Assembly: GCA_951406725.2 (NCBI GenBank)
Contig: OX597815.1
Location: 151,528,001-151,592,000, forward strand
Origin: Octopus vulgaris
Lineage: Eukaryota
Direction: 5' to 3'
Length of the DNA stretch: 64,000 nucleotides
Made by a program: the position numbers and the translations under genes. Below the pieces are notes generated by a model, which searched no databases, was not told the DNA's origin, and worked only from the letters and a program-made list of their open reading frames with translations. How positions within the stretch are numbered: the first letter of the stretch is position 1; every line of letters begins with the position of its first letter. Shown here one piece after another: positions 1 to 13,752 of the stretch.

Positions 1-1169
1 CATCCTCCCGTTGTGAAATGGTGGTGGTGGTGGTGGGATCAGTAAAATGAAGTACCAGCCATTTAAGTAACTTAAAGCCGATTTAATCGACTAACTTCCC
101 CCTCCACTGCCATATTTCTGGTCTTGTGCCTCTGTTAGAAATTATCATTCTTTATTATTGAATTATTTGATTAATATCTAATATTGATTTTTGCTGTAGA
201 GATATAAGCTATTTTTTTTTAAATGGGGAATGAGATGGAAAGCTTTTTTCTCGGACCAAAACGATTAAAAGGATTCGAAGCTGTGATTGAAAACTGGATC
301 GCGAAGCCAACACATCCTTAGATGTGTCTCCATGCTCCACTTCACCATTTAGTGGTGTGTGTGTGTGTGTCTGCCTTTAGGTACAAATGCTTTACATTTT
401 AAAGGAAGTGTGTTGTAGAAAGAAGTCTTATCGGCCGTCAGCAGCTCCGTTAGTGAATTGGCTTCAAACCGTGAATGAAATGTTCACGCCACCAGCACTG
501 GAACTTCGTCTCTTACATTTTTGACTCCCTTTTTTAACTCACTGGAACTGAGACAAATTAATACGTTGAGAAGGGAGATGAGAAGATTCAGTGGCATCCA
601 GTTTTCCTCCAGTGCACCGATGAAAGTCGAAGTAAACCGGCTCCTGCTGGGAATAGAAAACTGGGTCTCAAGCATAGTTTATCGATCGCAATATATTATC
701 GATCACAGAAAGATGAAGAGTGAATTCGTTAGCTTACTGCTAATTTATCGGGTCCTGTTTATGTAGTTAGGTAAGAGTCGGACGAATTATATTGTTAGCG
801 TTGCATGTTCAAATTCTGCCAATTTATCTTTCATCTTTATCCGGTCGATAAAATAAGTATCGTTAATATGCAGGAATCGATTAAATGGACAAGTCATCTC
901 ATTAATTTTGTGGCCTTCTGTCTATAACAGCAGTCATCACAGTTGTTATTCGCGACTTCAGGGCCGGAATAATTAAAAACTTACCTGTCAGATAAACTAA
1001 TCGTGTGCCCCCTTCTAAATTTAAGATCTTGTGTCCGTCTCAATAGTGTTTCTATTCAAATGCATGACATTCCTGAGAATAACGTTTATTTAATCATTTC
1101 TTACCAACTCTTAAAGGTTTATTTAAAGCTTCATAGTTTGTTTTCCCTATCACAAACTCAGAAGATATT

Positions 1170-1577
1170 CTTTTCTACTCTAAGCACAAGGCCCGAAATT
1201 TTTGGGGAAGGTGGGGGAGGGGGCAGTTGATTAGATCAACCCCAGTACGCAGCTGGTACTAAATTTATCGACCCTGAAAGGATAAAAGGCAAAGTCGACC
1301 TCGGCGGAATTTGAACTCAGAACATAAAGACAAACGAAATACCTATTTTTTTACCACCCACAAGGGGCTAAACACAGAGAGGACAAACAAGGACAGACAC
1401 ACGGATTAAGTCGATTATATCGACTCCAGTGCGTAACTGGTACTTATGTAATCGACCCCGAAAGGATGAAAGGCAAAGTCGACCTCGGCGGAATTTGAAC
1501 TAAGAACGTAGCGGCAGACGAAATACCGCTAAGCATTTCGTCCGGAGTACTTAGCGTTTTTGCCAGCTCGTTGCCTT
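1170..1577 (-). mobile_element. tRNA-derived SINE family A, dimeric copy
   Basis: Two tandem bodies (cgaccccgaaaggatgaaaggcaaagtcgacctcggcggaatttgaac). Flanked by an ~18-bp TSD: acaaactcagaagatatt (1152-1169) and acaaattcggaagatatt (1578-1595). Confidence 0.8.
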
Positions 1578-1713
1578 ACAAATTCGGAAGATATTGTAAA
1601 TGAACTGTGACCGTCCTTTTAATTGACTAAGGAATGTATTTTTGCTCATTTTATTTCTGCTTGTTTCCCACATTATTACAGAATTATAATTCTGAGATGA
1701 AGTTATTATTGCT

Positions 1714-2140
1714 CAGGCGGCGAGCTGGCAGAATCGTTAGCATGCCGGACAAAATACTTAGCGGCATTTTGTCCGTCTTTACGTTCTGAGTTCAGATTCC
1801 ACCGAGGTCAGCTTTGCCTTTCATCCTTTCGGGGTCGATAAAATAGGTACCAGTAGAGTACTGGAGTCGCTTACATCGACTAGTCCCCTTCTCTAAAATT
1901 TCAGACCCTGTGCCTATGGTAGAACGGATTGTTATCATTACTTGAAAGCGGCGAGCTGGCAGAACCGCCGGGCAAAATGATTAGCGGCATTTCGTCCGTC
2001 TGAGTTCAAATTCTGCCCGAGTCGGCTTTGCCTTTCATCCTTTCGGGATCGATGAAATAAGTACCAGTTGTGCACTGGAGTCGTTTACATCGAGTTACTC
2101 CTTCCATCAAATTTCGGGCTTTGTGCCTACAACAAAAAGA
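1714..2140 (+). mobile_element. Two tandem SINE family A copies
   Basis: ggcggcgagctggcagaa head and gcctttcatcctttcggggtcgataaa core, each present twice. Confidence 0.75.
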
Positions 2141-2424
2141 ATTATTATTATTACAACTGACGCACTTCATTTTGTTCTTAAAGTCTTTGTTAAAGTGTTT
2201 TGGATGTTTTTTTTTGTTTTGTTTTGTTTTTAAACATTTTGCGCGTGCGAAATCGCAGCCCACTTGACATCTGGTTTATTTATGTATTTATTCTTTAATC
2301 GTTGCATACAATATTTTAGTACATGTTATAGGCTCGTTACTATAATTCTGTCTGTTAAGCGGGATGTGATTTTGAGTGAGGAAAAGATCGATGATCGTTT
2401 TGTTGGGAAGTTTTCTACACAAGG

Positions 2425-2805
2425 AATGGCTGTGTGGTGAGAAGCTTGCTTCCCAACCGCATGAATCCGGGTTCAGTTCCACTGCGTGACACCTTGGGCA
2501 AGTGTCTTCTACTATTGCCCCGGCTGACCAAAGTCTTGGAAGTGGATTTGGTAGACGTCGTGTATATATATATATATATATGATGGGCCTCTTTCAGTTT
2601 CCTGCCCAAGGTGCCACACAGTGGGACTGAACACGGAATCATACGGTTGGGAAATATATTTGTATTTGTGTGTGTCTGTATTTGTCCCCACCATCGCTTG
2701 ACAACTGATGTTGGTGTGTTTACTTCCCCGGGGTCGATTTGTTCGACTAAAGGCGGTTCTCCAGCATGACCGCAGTCAAATGACTGAAACAAATAAAAGA
2801 ATAAA
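2425..2805 (+). mobile_element. SINE family B (tRNA head, CORE-like caccttgggcaagtg, internal TA/CA microsatellite, gactgaaacaagtaaaag tail)
   Basis: Same layout recurs at ~13080-13945, 23918-24310, 32325-33965, 41350-42357 (-), 44476-44820 and 57310-57710. Confidence 0.75.
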
Positions 2806-3108
2806 GGAGTAATCATATGGTTTCGGGTTCGATTCTGTTACGTGGTTCGACCCAACCCATGGCACTTTAATTATGTAGACGGAATCTGGAAGTCAGTATG
2901 ATGGATTGTATATTTGTATATGTGTTTTGCGGGCCTCACTACCAACTTTCTCAGAGTTTCCTGTTTTAGACTAGCTGCTAGCCAAATGGAAGACGTTTCT
3001 CATCGTCTTCTTAGCACCCAAGAAATCGGTGTTCAGTATTGGCTTGTGGGTTTTGGGGGCTGTGAAAAGGATTATTTTTGGCGCTTTTTAATTCTACTCC
3101 GTCACTCG

Positions 3109-3144
<36 letters not shown>

Positions 3145-4371
3145 ATAGAGAGAGATATGATGTGTGTGATATATGTAAGAGTAGTCGATGTAAATTTTGT
3201 TCTGTGCTCTGAAATTCAGGAAAGGTAACTCATATTTACAAATTTGTCAAAATCAAAGTTATGCGTAATAAGAGCCTGGAATTGACTCGAATATATATTA
3301 CTGTCGATTGAATTGACCTCCGTCTATTACTGTTGATTGAATTGGGCTCAATGTATCGCAGTTGACTGAATTGGGTGCAGTATGTAAATACCAGTATGTG
3401 TTTTACAGTTTATTAGAAAGTGGATTCGCTGAGTCTGATTCTCTACAGCCGAATGTCCTTCCTGTTGCCGACCATCCTTTGTTTCCAAGCAACGCAATAT
3501 TTCTCTGTATTTTTCACATGGCAGATTGGAATTGTCAAAATTAGCTTCTTTCAGTTTCCACCCACTCATAAGGCTTGGTGTGTTCATTTATTTATGATAA
3601 TTTATGTACACAAACACGCACACATACAATTGTCTATGTGTCCTTGTTTTAATGGGGTAGTCGTAAGTGATTGTAACTGTCATACAAGTGGAGTCTCTCA
3701 TTCCCAGTCTTCTGTGGACCATGGAGAAATATTACCTTGGAAACAGGCGAGGATTGGAGATTGAAAGGGCATCTGACCCATGCCAACTTTGAACAGTGGA
3801 CATTAAACCAATGGTGATGATGTTCGTTTGATTCTACTATCTCCTGCCATTTTGTCAATCAGGGCTTCTACTAAATCTGTCAAGCCTAACAGAAGCAGAA
3901 AGCTACCCCAACAACATAGTTTGGAGGGTACTGTTTGGGCTCTGTAAGAAGTCAGTCTTAATGCTTTTTGTTATTGTTGTTTAGCGCTTTGCCAGGGATT
4001 GATCTGGCAGACCAGTTATCAAAGATATTCCTCCTGTAACCATGCTCTTATTTTCCTCTTTCTAGGGTAGCTAGAATCATGTTTTTCAACATGTCCCCTT
4101 TTTTTAAAGACAGTGGTGTGGAAAAAGAGAGAAATTTGGTTGTTATTTCTGGCATGCAGAACAACCATGTAGTAGTTCTCTCATTGGCTTATTTTATCTT
4201 TCTTTGTGAGTGTGGTTGGCGTGTGAGAAAAAGAGTAATAAGAAAAATAGTTGTATTGATTGTATTTGTATATCGGTAAGAAGCAGAGACTCGTGAAATA
4301 GAAGAGACAATAAGTATACAGAGACAGCTCAGACAGATGATGGGTCCATTCTTACCTGGGTCTGCTCTGGT

Positions 4372-4596
4372 TTAACCCCTTAGCATTTAAGCCATCCATA
4401 TCTGGCCCAAATTTTCTACTTTTATGTTCAAACCATCGAGATCTGGCCTCTCACTCATATCCTACAATGACATCTTCAAAATAAACCATCACATCATCAA
4501 ATTCTCAGAGCTACAAGATAATGCAGGATTAATTCAAAATAATGTGAATGAAAAAGTATTATATTTGACAGAGTAATCTGAATGCTAAAGGGTTAA
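4372..4596. mobile_element. piggyBac-type MITE family 1
   Basis: TTAA-CCC(C)TTAGCATT ... AATGCTAAAGGG-TTAA termini. Related copies at ~11053-11281, 19710-19875 (partial) and 52896-53114. Confidence 0.75.
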
Positions 4597-5424
4597 AACT
4601 ACATTGTACATCATTTTTCCCTACGTTTTCTGGTGTGGATTGCAATTAAATTAATTTTGCTGTCTATTCAGGTTTTGTATGCAATGTTGAATGAAATGAA
4701 AATTTGTGATTTGTTTGGGTTTTGAAGAGGATTTTGTAGTGATATATTTTGATTTAAATAAGTAATTAATGTTGAATCCTGCTGTAATTACATGAGTTGT
4801 GTGTAATAGATGTTATTTTTTCAATGTAATAAATTGTTTTTTTAAACTTAAGTATGTTTTAGTATATATGTTAATACCATATTTACTCATAAGTCACACC
4901 CCTGATTAAGTGATATGTTTAGGCATTAAATTTTTTTCCTTCATAATTTTATCTCAGCCTTGTGTACAAGTTGATTCCTACTTTTTTTTTCTAAAATCAA
5001 GTATAAAATATTGTGACGTACACATGAATTAATACAATAATTCTTAAATGTGAATTTATTTTTAAACCTGCTGAAAAACATTAACTGTCTTATTGTCTTG
5101 ATACATAGAGACTCTGTTAGATAACAACAGTTCATTGATTTACCTTGTATCATCAAATATTAAGCCTTTAGTTCTCATATTTCTGTTGGCATAGGTTTCC
5201 TTTGTTTCAATTCATCATCATCATTTGTTGTCCATGCTGGCATGGGTTAGACGGTTTCACTGGAGCTGTTGAGCTGCACCAGGTTCCAGTCTGATTTGGC
5301 ATGGTTTCTACAGCTGCCCTTCCTAATGCCAACCACTCTAGGAGTGTAATGGATGCTTTTACATGTTACCAGCGTGGGTGCCATTTACATGACACCAAAT
5401 AGACAATTTAGTAAATTAACTTTA

Positions 5425-5888
5425 CAGTAATACCTCGACTACTGTGGGTATTATGCTCCAAAACTCTCCACAATAGGTGAAAATCTGCTAAGTACTGTAC
5501 TGTATTTTTGTTTTTATTTTTATAAATTTGTATATATTTATCTCATTATAAATGTAAAACACCACTACACACTCGTCTCCCAAGTTTCATTTTCCTTATA
5601 GTGTGTGTGAGTCTTTATTTCCTCATCTATGGTACACTACATATTTAAAAAAAAATTATCAAAGTCTTATACAGTGCAGTACTGTACTGTATTTCTATTT
5701 ATTAATTTTTAGGCATGAAAATGCTTATTTTACCAGAGAAATAATTATAATCTAAAAAAATATAAATATCTATCGCTTACAGAAACCCACGATATACTGA
5801 GGAGTCTGGGATATAAATTTACATATATTAGCCAGAAAAATCCACGATGTACTGAGAGTGTGAACCGGGATATGGCAAGGAATTACTG
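5425..5888. mobile_element. Tc1/mariner (Tigger-like) MITE
   Basis: TA|CAGTAATACCTCG ... CAAGGAATTACTG|TA imperfect terminal inverted repeats with TA flanks. Confidence 0.6.
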
Positions 5889-6259
5889 TATTATGAATCT
5901 GGTGCTTAGAACATAAGTTAGCATGAAAATATTAATTTAGATCACTTAAAAATTAGAAGCTTGTATCATAGAACAACAGACAATCTCAGGCAGGTTGATA
6001 TCAGAAGGGTTAAAGATGTTTGTTCCTCCTTCTAAGGTTGATGTATAAAATATAATTAATACTGACTATTAAAAATATCTACAGGTAACATAATATTTAC
6101 TATTTGGTGATTGTTATAAGTTGTTCATTTTCATTCCAATTCTAGACCATGTTAAAATATATTTTGATGTAAGATATGGAAATAATTTAGAAAATTACTA
6201 TTTTAAAATCTCACATGAGATATTCAGCAAATCTTTACTCCAAAGTACTGTTGCTGAAG

Positions 6260-6481
6260 AAATAATTTATTCTCAAACGCATGATAATGCTAATACAATA
6301 GCATGAACAGGATAAACTATCCATATGTTGCAGAAAAATTCATTACCAGCCAGCTATGAGACTTGATGTGAGTTCAAGTTTCATGGCTGGCTGGTAACAA
6401 TTTTTTTTTGCAATATATGGATAGTTTATCCTGTCCATGCTATTGTATTAGCATTATCATGCATTTTGCAATAAATTATTT
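6260..6481. repeat. Long near-perfect palindrome (~107-bp arms, 7-nt loop)
   Basis: gcatgataatgctaatacaatagcatg...ccagccagctatgagacttga is mirrored by tcaagtttcatggctggctgg...catgctattgtattagcattatcatgc. Confidence 0.9.
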
Positions 6482-6554
6482 CAGTATCTTTCAGTACATC
6501 TCAACGCTTCTAAAGTAAACTTTGTTTACTTTCATTATATCTTGATTTATTTTT

Positions 6555-6783
6555 TTAACCCTTTCATTACTGTATTTATTTTGAGATACTCAGTGTTTCT
6601 TTCAATTACTTTAAATATAACAAAGAATTTAGTAAAATAACTTAATTATCATTCAGGTAGTGTTAGGAACATAAATTTTGACTAAGGTTTGGTGGAAGAT
6701 TTTAATTCAAAACTTATGAAAACAAGACATTTGTACTACAGAGTCACAGCCAGTTTCAGCCAGGTTAGTAACAAAAGGGTTAA
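6555..6783. mobile_element. piggyBac-type MITE family 2
   Basis: TTAA-CCCTTTCATTAC ... GTAACAAAAGGG-TTAA. Inverted second copy at ~31657-31882. Confidence 0.8.
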
Positions 6784-7569
6784 AAATCTGATTTCTCTGT
6801 AACCAAGTTCATTAGAGTTTCAAGTAGACATCCCTTTAGATTTAAACTGCAAGGAAATATTTGTAGGGAAACCGATTTTAAGAGAGATAGAATTAGCAGA
6901 GTGTGCCATTTACATCTTTTGTTTGCACTTATTTTCACAAAAGTTGCCTGGATAAAAATGTTATTTATATATGTATATATAAATGTTATTTATAATATAT
7001 ATATATATAAGGAAGGGTAAGCATCTATGTTGTTTTTGTAAAGTCTACTCAGCTGAGGGGTGGAGGAAAGGAAGAAACTACAATTCATGAACTACTCTCA
7101 CATCAGAAACCTCAACCACAATACTTTCAACAGAGCCTGGTCTGGTCGAGGTAGCCAAGAGGCCACCTGCTGGTGGTAACTTCCATGATCCTATTTCTAA
7201 TAAATACTCTGCTTATGTGTTTCACTGAATAATTATGAAAACACAATTTGTAGGGATTGAGTAAAATTCTTAACTTCTTATTTTTAAGTTCATGCTTGGA
7301 ATATAACTCTAACAAAAGTTTCTTAAATAAAATCATTATGGACGGATTTAATTTAAGTATGTGCTCATTAAAACAAGGAGTTTTGTATCATATATAACCA
7401 GGCATGGTCCCAGGTGGGGACTTGGTGTGAAAAGAGTTAAACCATTACCTCTGTTATTTTTGTCTCTATTGGACCAACTAACCTACATCATTTCATATAT
7501 GCATCTTTGTGGCATGTGGTTTTATTATCAGTATTCGTCTTAGAAGCAGTCTTATTTGATATTTTTTAT

Positions 7570-8045
7570 TCTCAATAAATGTTGTACACCTATTACCAAC
7601 ATTGTCGTTTTATTTGCATTCACATTGAATATGTGTGCACATACCATCACCACCACAACCACTACTACCACTACCATCAAGTAAATGTATGGTGAGCTTT
7701 ATTTACATTCACATTAACTAATTGTTGCACATTCATCACCACTGCCAACACCACCTGATACATGTTCAACAATTATTTATTCACTTAAAAAGAAATGTTG
7801 TACATCCACCAATACTGCTGCTTCCTCTTCCACCAACACCAGGCACACGTGTAACAATTATTTACATTATGCAATTGTTGTACCCCACCACTTCACCACC
7901 ACTATCAAATAAATATCCAATAATTATTTACATTAAATAACTGTGGTGCTTTCCCCCCACCTTACAATGCATGCACAATTATTTACATTAAATGATTCTT
8001 GTACTCCCACCACCACTATCAGATACAGCTATTATTTACATCGTT
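7570..8045. repeat. Degenerate minisatellite (~60-75 bp units)
   Basis: About 8 recurrences of TTATTTACATT...TTGT(A/G)C...CCACCAC with variable linkers. Confidence 0.55.
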
Positions 8046-9374
8046 ATTACTATATTCTATAACATTAATTACTCTGATCAATTCTTATATACATATTTTT
8101 TAATTTCCGTTAGCTATGTTTTATTGCCTGTCCTATATTCCGTATGAATACTTGGTGCAGCCTGTGTTTTCCATTATCTGTGGCACTGTGATACTTGTAT
8201 GGTAGCAGTGATAAGTACTTAGCAAATTAAAACTGTAATTCTGTTCAGTTTCTCAGTTTGAAACTCCTTTTTTACTCACAGTATTAATATCCTTTGGGAA
8301 GTCATCAGTCTCACAGTTAAACATACATATTTTCAAAGATATCTCTTCATCAATTCACTATAATTTTTACTTTACACAGCTGATATTATGTATCTTTGAT
8401 GAGAAGCATATGTTCAGTGTTCTAATTAACTGATTTAATAGTTCCTTTTCATCTACCATTTTTTTTAGCTTGCTTCTGAGTTTACTAGACTCATGTGTTT
8501 GGTTCTGTGTATTTGAAACTCCTTTTAACCAACTTACTTTCACTTTGTCCAAATCAGTTGGTGCTACAGTATTTTGAACCTGCCAAGTGATGGTATATCA
8601 ACAACCTTGTTTCAATAAGTTTGCAAGAATTTAAAGAGTAATTTGTTTTCTTAAATCTTATCAGGTTGTATCATCTTTAGAATTCCTTAGTATTTTGTTA
8701 GTATTGAATTTGAAGAATATTCAAACTGCTAAATTTTGGAATATTTAGAATGTTTGGAATATTTCTGGTTCTTGAATGTGTTTAGAATATTTTTGGTGCA
8801 AGGTCTACTTAATTAGCCATTTAGAAATGTTCTGTCAGTAATCCTGTTTGTCTTAGGAATAAAAGTTTTATAAATAATTCAGTTATGGCACAAGAACTCT
8901 CTAGTATATAGAATACTGAAACACAAAAGGTGAAAAAATCTGGACCAAATTTTAATAGTTTATGACTAAGGTGACAACACTTTCTTGATCTTTCTCACTC
9001 TCAGATATTTGGCAACAATCCAAAACATTACATTCTTCCCTTGTCATGGCAACTGTACTTACTGAACTCTGATGAAGCAGAACTGTGTGAGGTTTACAGT
9101 TCTATAGGCACTTACTGCTCTCTCATTTTGAATTATGTAGAATTTTCTTAAGGAAAACAATGCATAGCTGTATGGTTAAGTTCACTTAGCAACCTTGTGG
9201 TTCCAAGTTCAATCCCACTCTGTAGTACTTTGAGCAAGTGCTTTCAGCTGTAGCCCTCTGACTGACCTGAGGGTCAATGTATTGAAAATGGAATTTGGTA
9301 GATGGAAGCTGTGTAGCATACAACAGTGATTTGAGTTGTGTTTCTTTATGTGAAAAAGTAAATTAGTGATTTAA

Positions 9375-9742
9375 AAAGCACCATTCGAGTGTGGTCATTG
9401 CCAGTGCCACCTAACTGGTCATGTGTCGGTGGCATGTGAAAAGCACCATTCGAATGTGATGCCAGTCCGCCTGACTTACTCTTGTGCTGGTGGCATGTAA
9501 AAAGCACCATTCAAGCGTGGTTGCTGCCAGTACTGCCTGACTGGCCCTTGTGCTGGTGGCATGTAAAAAGCACCCACTACACTCTCGGAGCGGTTGGCGT
9601 TAGGAGGGGCATCCAACTGTAGAAACTCTGCCAGATCAGATTGGAGCCTAGTGTAGCCATCTGGTTTGCCAGCCCTCAGTCAAACCATCCAACACATGCC
9701 AGCATGGAAAGCAGATGTTAAATGATAAGGACGATGATGATG
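9375..9742 (+). mobile_element. 3' UTR fragment of RTE LINE family 1
   Basis: ~60-bp tandem units, then cacccactacactctcggag...ggaaagcagatgttaa and a (GAT)n tail. Similar fragments at ~10305-10645, 16680-16972, 41640-42146 (-), 44850-45310 and 45905-46156 (-). Confidence 0.75.
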
Positions 9743-12700
9743 AATTTTACAAAATAAATGCTGATGTCAATAAAATCAACTAAAAACCCTTTGGATGCTG
9801 TGTCCCAACATGGTTGCAATTTGGTGACTGAAAATAATGAAAGATAAACAATTTATTGGTTACAAATATCAGTTAATTCAGGGACCCATTATATGTTTAT
9901 AGTGTTTATATTCGAGGGGCCACTGCTGTGCTCTTCCATCCAGTTTACAAAGCTTTCAAGTGAAGGCAAGTAGTTTAGTGGTTAGGGTATTCAGCTCATG
10001 ATTGTAGGGTCGTGAGTTTGATTCCTGGTGGCATGTTGTTTCCTTCAGCAAGGCACTTTATTTCATATTGCTCCAGTCCACTCAGCTGGCAAAAATGAGT
10101 TGTACCTGTAAATTCAGAGGGCCAGTCTTGTCACATTCTGTATCACACTGAATCTGCCTGTGAACTATGACAAGGATACGCATGTCTGTGGAGTGCTCAG
10201 CCACTTGCATTAAATTTCATGTGCAGGCTGTTCCATTGATTGGATCAACTGGAACCCTCATTGTTGTAACTGGTAGAGTGCCAGTTTTTTCTTTCTTTTA
10301 CAATTACCAGCGTCGCCTTACTGGCACTTGTGCCGGTGGTATGTGAAAAACAACATTCGAGTGAGGGCATTGCCAGTGCCGCTGGACTGGCTCCTGTGCA
10401 GGTGACATGTAAAAAACACCATTTGAGCATGGCTGTTGCCAGTACTGCCTGACTGGCGCTTGTGCTGGTAGCACGTAAAAGCACCCACTACACTCTTGGA
10501 GTGGTTGGCGTTAGGAAAGGCATCCAGCTGTAGAAACTGCCAGAACAGATTGGAGCCTGGTGCAGCTATCTGGCTCACCAGTCCCCCAGTCAAACCTATG
10601 CCAGCTTGGAAAGCGAACGTTAAATGATAATGATGATGATGATGAAGGCTTTCAAGTTGATATAAGGTGGAGAGAAACATTTAAGGGGAACACACATGGT
10701 CTACTTCAGTTAGCTTCATTCATTGACGTTCAAGCTGACATGGAGTCGAGAAGAGCTCCAATCTGGTGAAGGAACTTCTGTAAGGTTTGTGTCACAATAC
10801 ATCCAGCCAACAAACCAACCAAACAACATGCAAATTTATGTAGTAGAAGTAGTAAAAAATGTATGTTTAATCTTGAAGTCTTTTGATTCCAATCCACCTG
10901 AAACCACCCCTGGTTCTATGATACAAACTTTCAATTTTAAGTTTCATGTTTATGTTCCAGACCACTGCTAGAAACAAGTAAATCTCCTTGGAAATCACAC
11001 CATCTTAAAAAGATGGAGATCTTGGATAATGAAATCCCAGTTATTTTATACCTTAACCCTTTAGCTTTTAGGTTACTCTGTCAAATGTTATGTTCATTTA
11101 TTCTCATTGTTTTGAATTAATCCCGTATTATCTCATAACTTTGAGATTTCAGTGATGTGATTGTTTATCTTTAGAATACCATTGGAGGGTAGGCCGAGGG
11201 GCTCGATCTGGCCAGTTTGAACATATAAAACAGGTAGAATATTTGGGTCTGATATGGCTGGTTTAAGTGCAAAAGGATTAAAAATAGGATAGTCAAGATT
11301 TAACCCTTTTGGTGGCAATCTGCTTGAGGCTGCCCCTAGTTTTATGATACAAACTTCATGTCTTTGTCTAGTTTCAAATGATGCCAGTGTTGACTTCTCC
11401 AACACATTGTAATTATACAGTCAAGATCTAACACTATAACTGTTTAGCTGTGTTAACATGATATCAGACTATTAGCTCATAGGTCTTAAGTTCAAATCCA
11501 GTGCAGCTCATGGCCCAAGAACTCTCTAGTATGGAGTAAACTGAAATCCAAAAGGCTAAAAAATCTGGACCAGATTTGAATAGTTTATGACTAAGGTGAC
11601 AACACTTTCTTGATCTTCCTCACTCTCAGATGTTTGGCAACAATCCAAAACATTACATTCTTCATTCGTCATGGCAACTGTTCTTACTGAACTCCAATGA
11701 AACGCAGGTGTATGAGGTTAACAGTTCTATAGAAACCAACTGCTCCCTCATTTTGAATTATGTAGAATTTTCTTCAGGAAAACACAATTCATATCTGTAT
11801 GGTTAGTTTATGTTTGAACAGCACTTACAATTTAATTCACTTACCTGTAAATATCAGATCATTTGGCTGTAGAAGCTGAGAAACACTTGTATACTAGCAA
11901 TCTCTTTCTCATCATTATGTCTCTTTTTACTAGTTTGTATAGGGAGAGTGGGTCTCTCCAGTACAGCAACTACTGGTGTGTGAGTGTGTGTGCATGAACA
12001 TCTTTTATCTTACTATTTCAGTCATTGGACTGTAACCATGCTGGAGCACCTCCTTGAGTTTTAATCCAATAGATCAACCATCAATATTTATTTTGAAGTC
12101 TGGTACTTTATCAGTTTCTGTTGCCAAACTGCTAAGTTGTGGGGATGTAAACAAACCAACAGTGGTTATCAGTGATGGTAGGCAACAAACACAATCACAA
12201 AGATACTTACATCGACATATTTATACATGATGAAACATGGTCTTCAAACTTTGAGCCTCACAGAGGAAATGACTTGTGACCAAGACCTTTGGTAATATGC
12301 TGCACTTGAGAAGACCTGTCAAGCCAAGTGAAATCATAGTCATGGCTGATGCTGATGTCACGTAACTGGCACCTTTGCTGGTGGCACATAAAGAGTTCCT
12401 TTCAAGTGTTGGGCTTCACGGAGGCAAAATGGCCGAGTTCCTTTCGAGCATTGAGCCTCATGGAGGCAATGACCAAGACCTTTGGCATTGTCGTGCTTGA
12501 GAAGAAGACCCATCAAGCCAAGCAAAATTGCTGTCATAGCAGATACTGGTGGCACATAAAAGCACCCATTACACTCTCAGAGTGGTTGGCTTTATGAAGG
12601 ACACTCAACTGTAGAAAACCATGTCAAATCAGATTGGAGTCTGGTGCAGCCTTCCAGCTTACCTGCCCTGGTCAAACTGTCCAACCCATACCAGCATGGA

Positions 12701-13260
12701 CATCATCATCATCATCAGTTAATGTCCGTCTTCCATGCTAGCATGGGTGGGAACAGATGTTAAATGATGGTGATGGGCTTCCACACAGTTTCTGTTGACC
12801 AAATTCACTTACAAAGCAAAGGTTGATTGAGGGCTATAGTAGAAGGCTGACACTACTGTTGCTGCACAGTTAAACTGAAACTGAAACCACATGGCTGCAA
12901 AGTGAGCTCCTTAACCACACAGCCATGCCTGTGCTACATGGGAATGCACAGGCGTGACTGTGTGGTTCAGAAGTTCAATGCCAGTGTGTGGCACCTTGAA
13001 CAAATGACTTCCAGTAGAGCTGTGGGCTGACCAAAGCAGTGTGAATAGACTTGAAAGGAATCCCACTAGCATGTTAATAGGCGTAGGAGTGGCTGTGTGG
13101 TAAGTAGCTTGCTTACGAACCACATGGTTCTGGTTTCAGTCCCACTGCGTGGCACCTTGGGCAAGTGTCTTCTACTATAGCATTGGGCCAACCAAAGCCT
13201 TATGAGTGGATTTGGTAGACGAAAACTGAAAGAAGCTCATCGTATATATATATATATATA

Positions 13261-13700
13261 TTATATAAAATCCGTTCTTTCTTCTAGGATCTTGGACATC
13301 CTCCATCCGATTGCGCTCAAATTTGATATGTAGATACCGACGGTATCAGGGCATGTATAAGTCTTGAAAAAATTACAAAAATCGATTCCAGGTGAGAATA
13401 CGATCGATAAAGCCGTGGGAACATGCATTTGTATGCGCAAGTACATCAGCTGTTGCGATGTACTTACTGGTACTTTAAACTCTTTGGCTGCATATTTGTG
13501 TGAATAAAATCACTTTTCTTTGGAATAGAAAAAAAGTCTATCTTTATTTCTTCTTCTGCTGGTGTCTCAAATTTAGGTTAAATCAATATTTCTCAAAGGG
13601 GAGGCCTATGGGACGGTCGGACAAGTTGTTTTGAGAAAATTTGGTTTAAATGTTTGGCAACTTAGCACCGTCCATTGGACAGGGTGGGGGGCGTTTTGCT

Positions 13701-13703
<3 letters not shown>
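13261..13703. mobile_element. CpG-rich insertion inside the TA microsatellite of a SINE B; possibly a non-autonomous Helitron-like element
   Basis: Interrupts a SINE B. Starts TATATAAAA, contains ccgattgcgctcaaatt, ends CTTGT. No TSD visible; family assignment is tentative. Confidence 0.35.

Positions 13704-13752
<49 letters not shown>

Noticed and set aside
421-780. Unique CpG-rich stretch with an 81-aa ORF and a gtaaga donor-like site as DNAJC8 exon 1
   Set aside because: No frame resembles the DNAJC8 N-terminus or joins sensibly to exon 2. A non-coding exon cannot be excluded.
2914-3228. 104-aa ORF ending near AG/gtaact
   Set aside because: Runs through a GT microsatellite, donor phase is incompatible with exon 2, no homology recognised.
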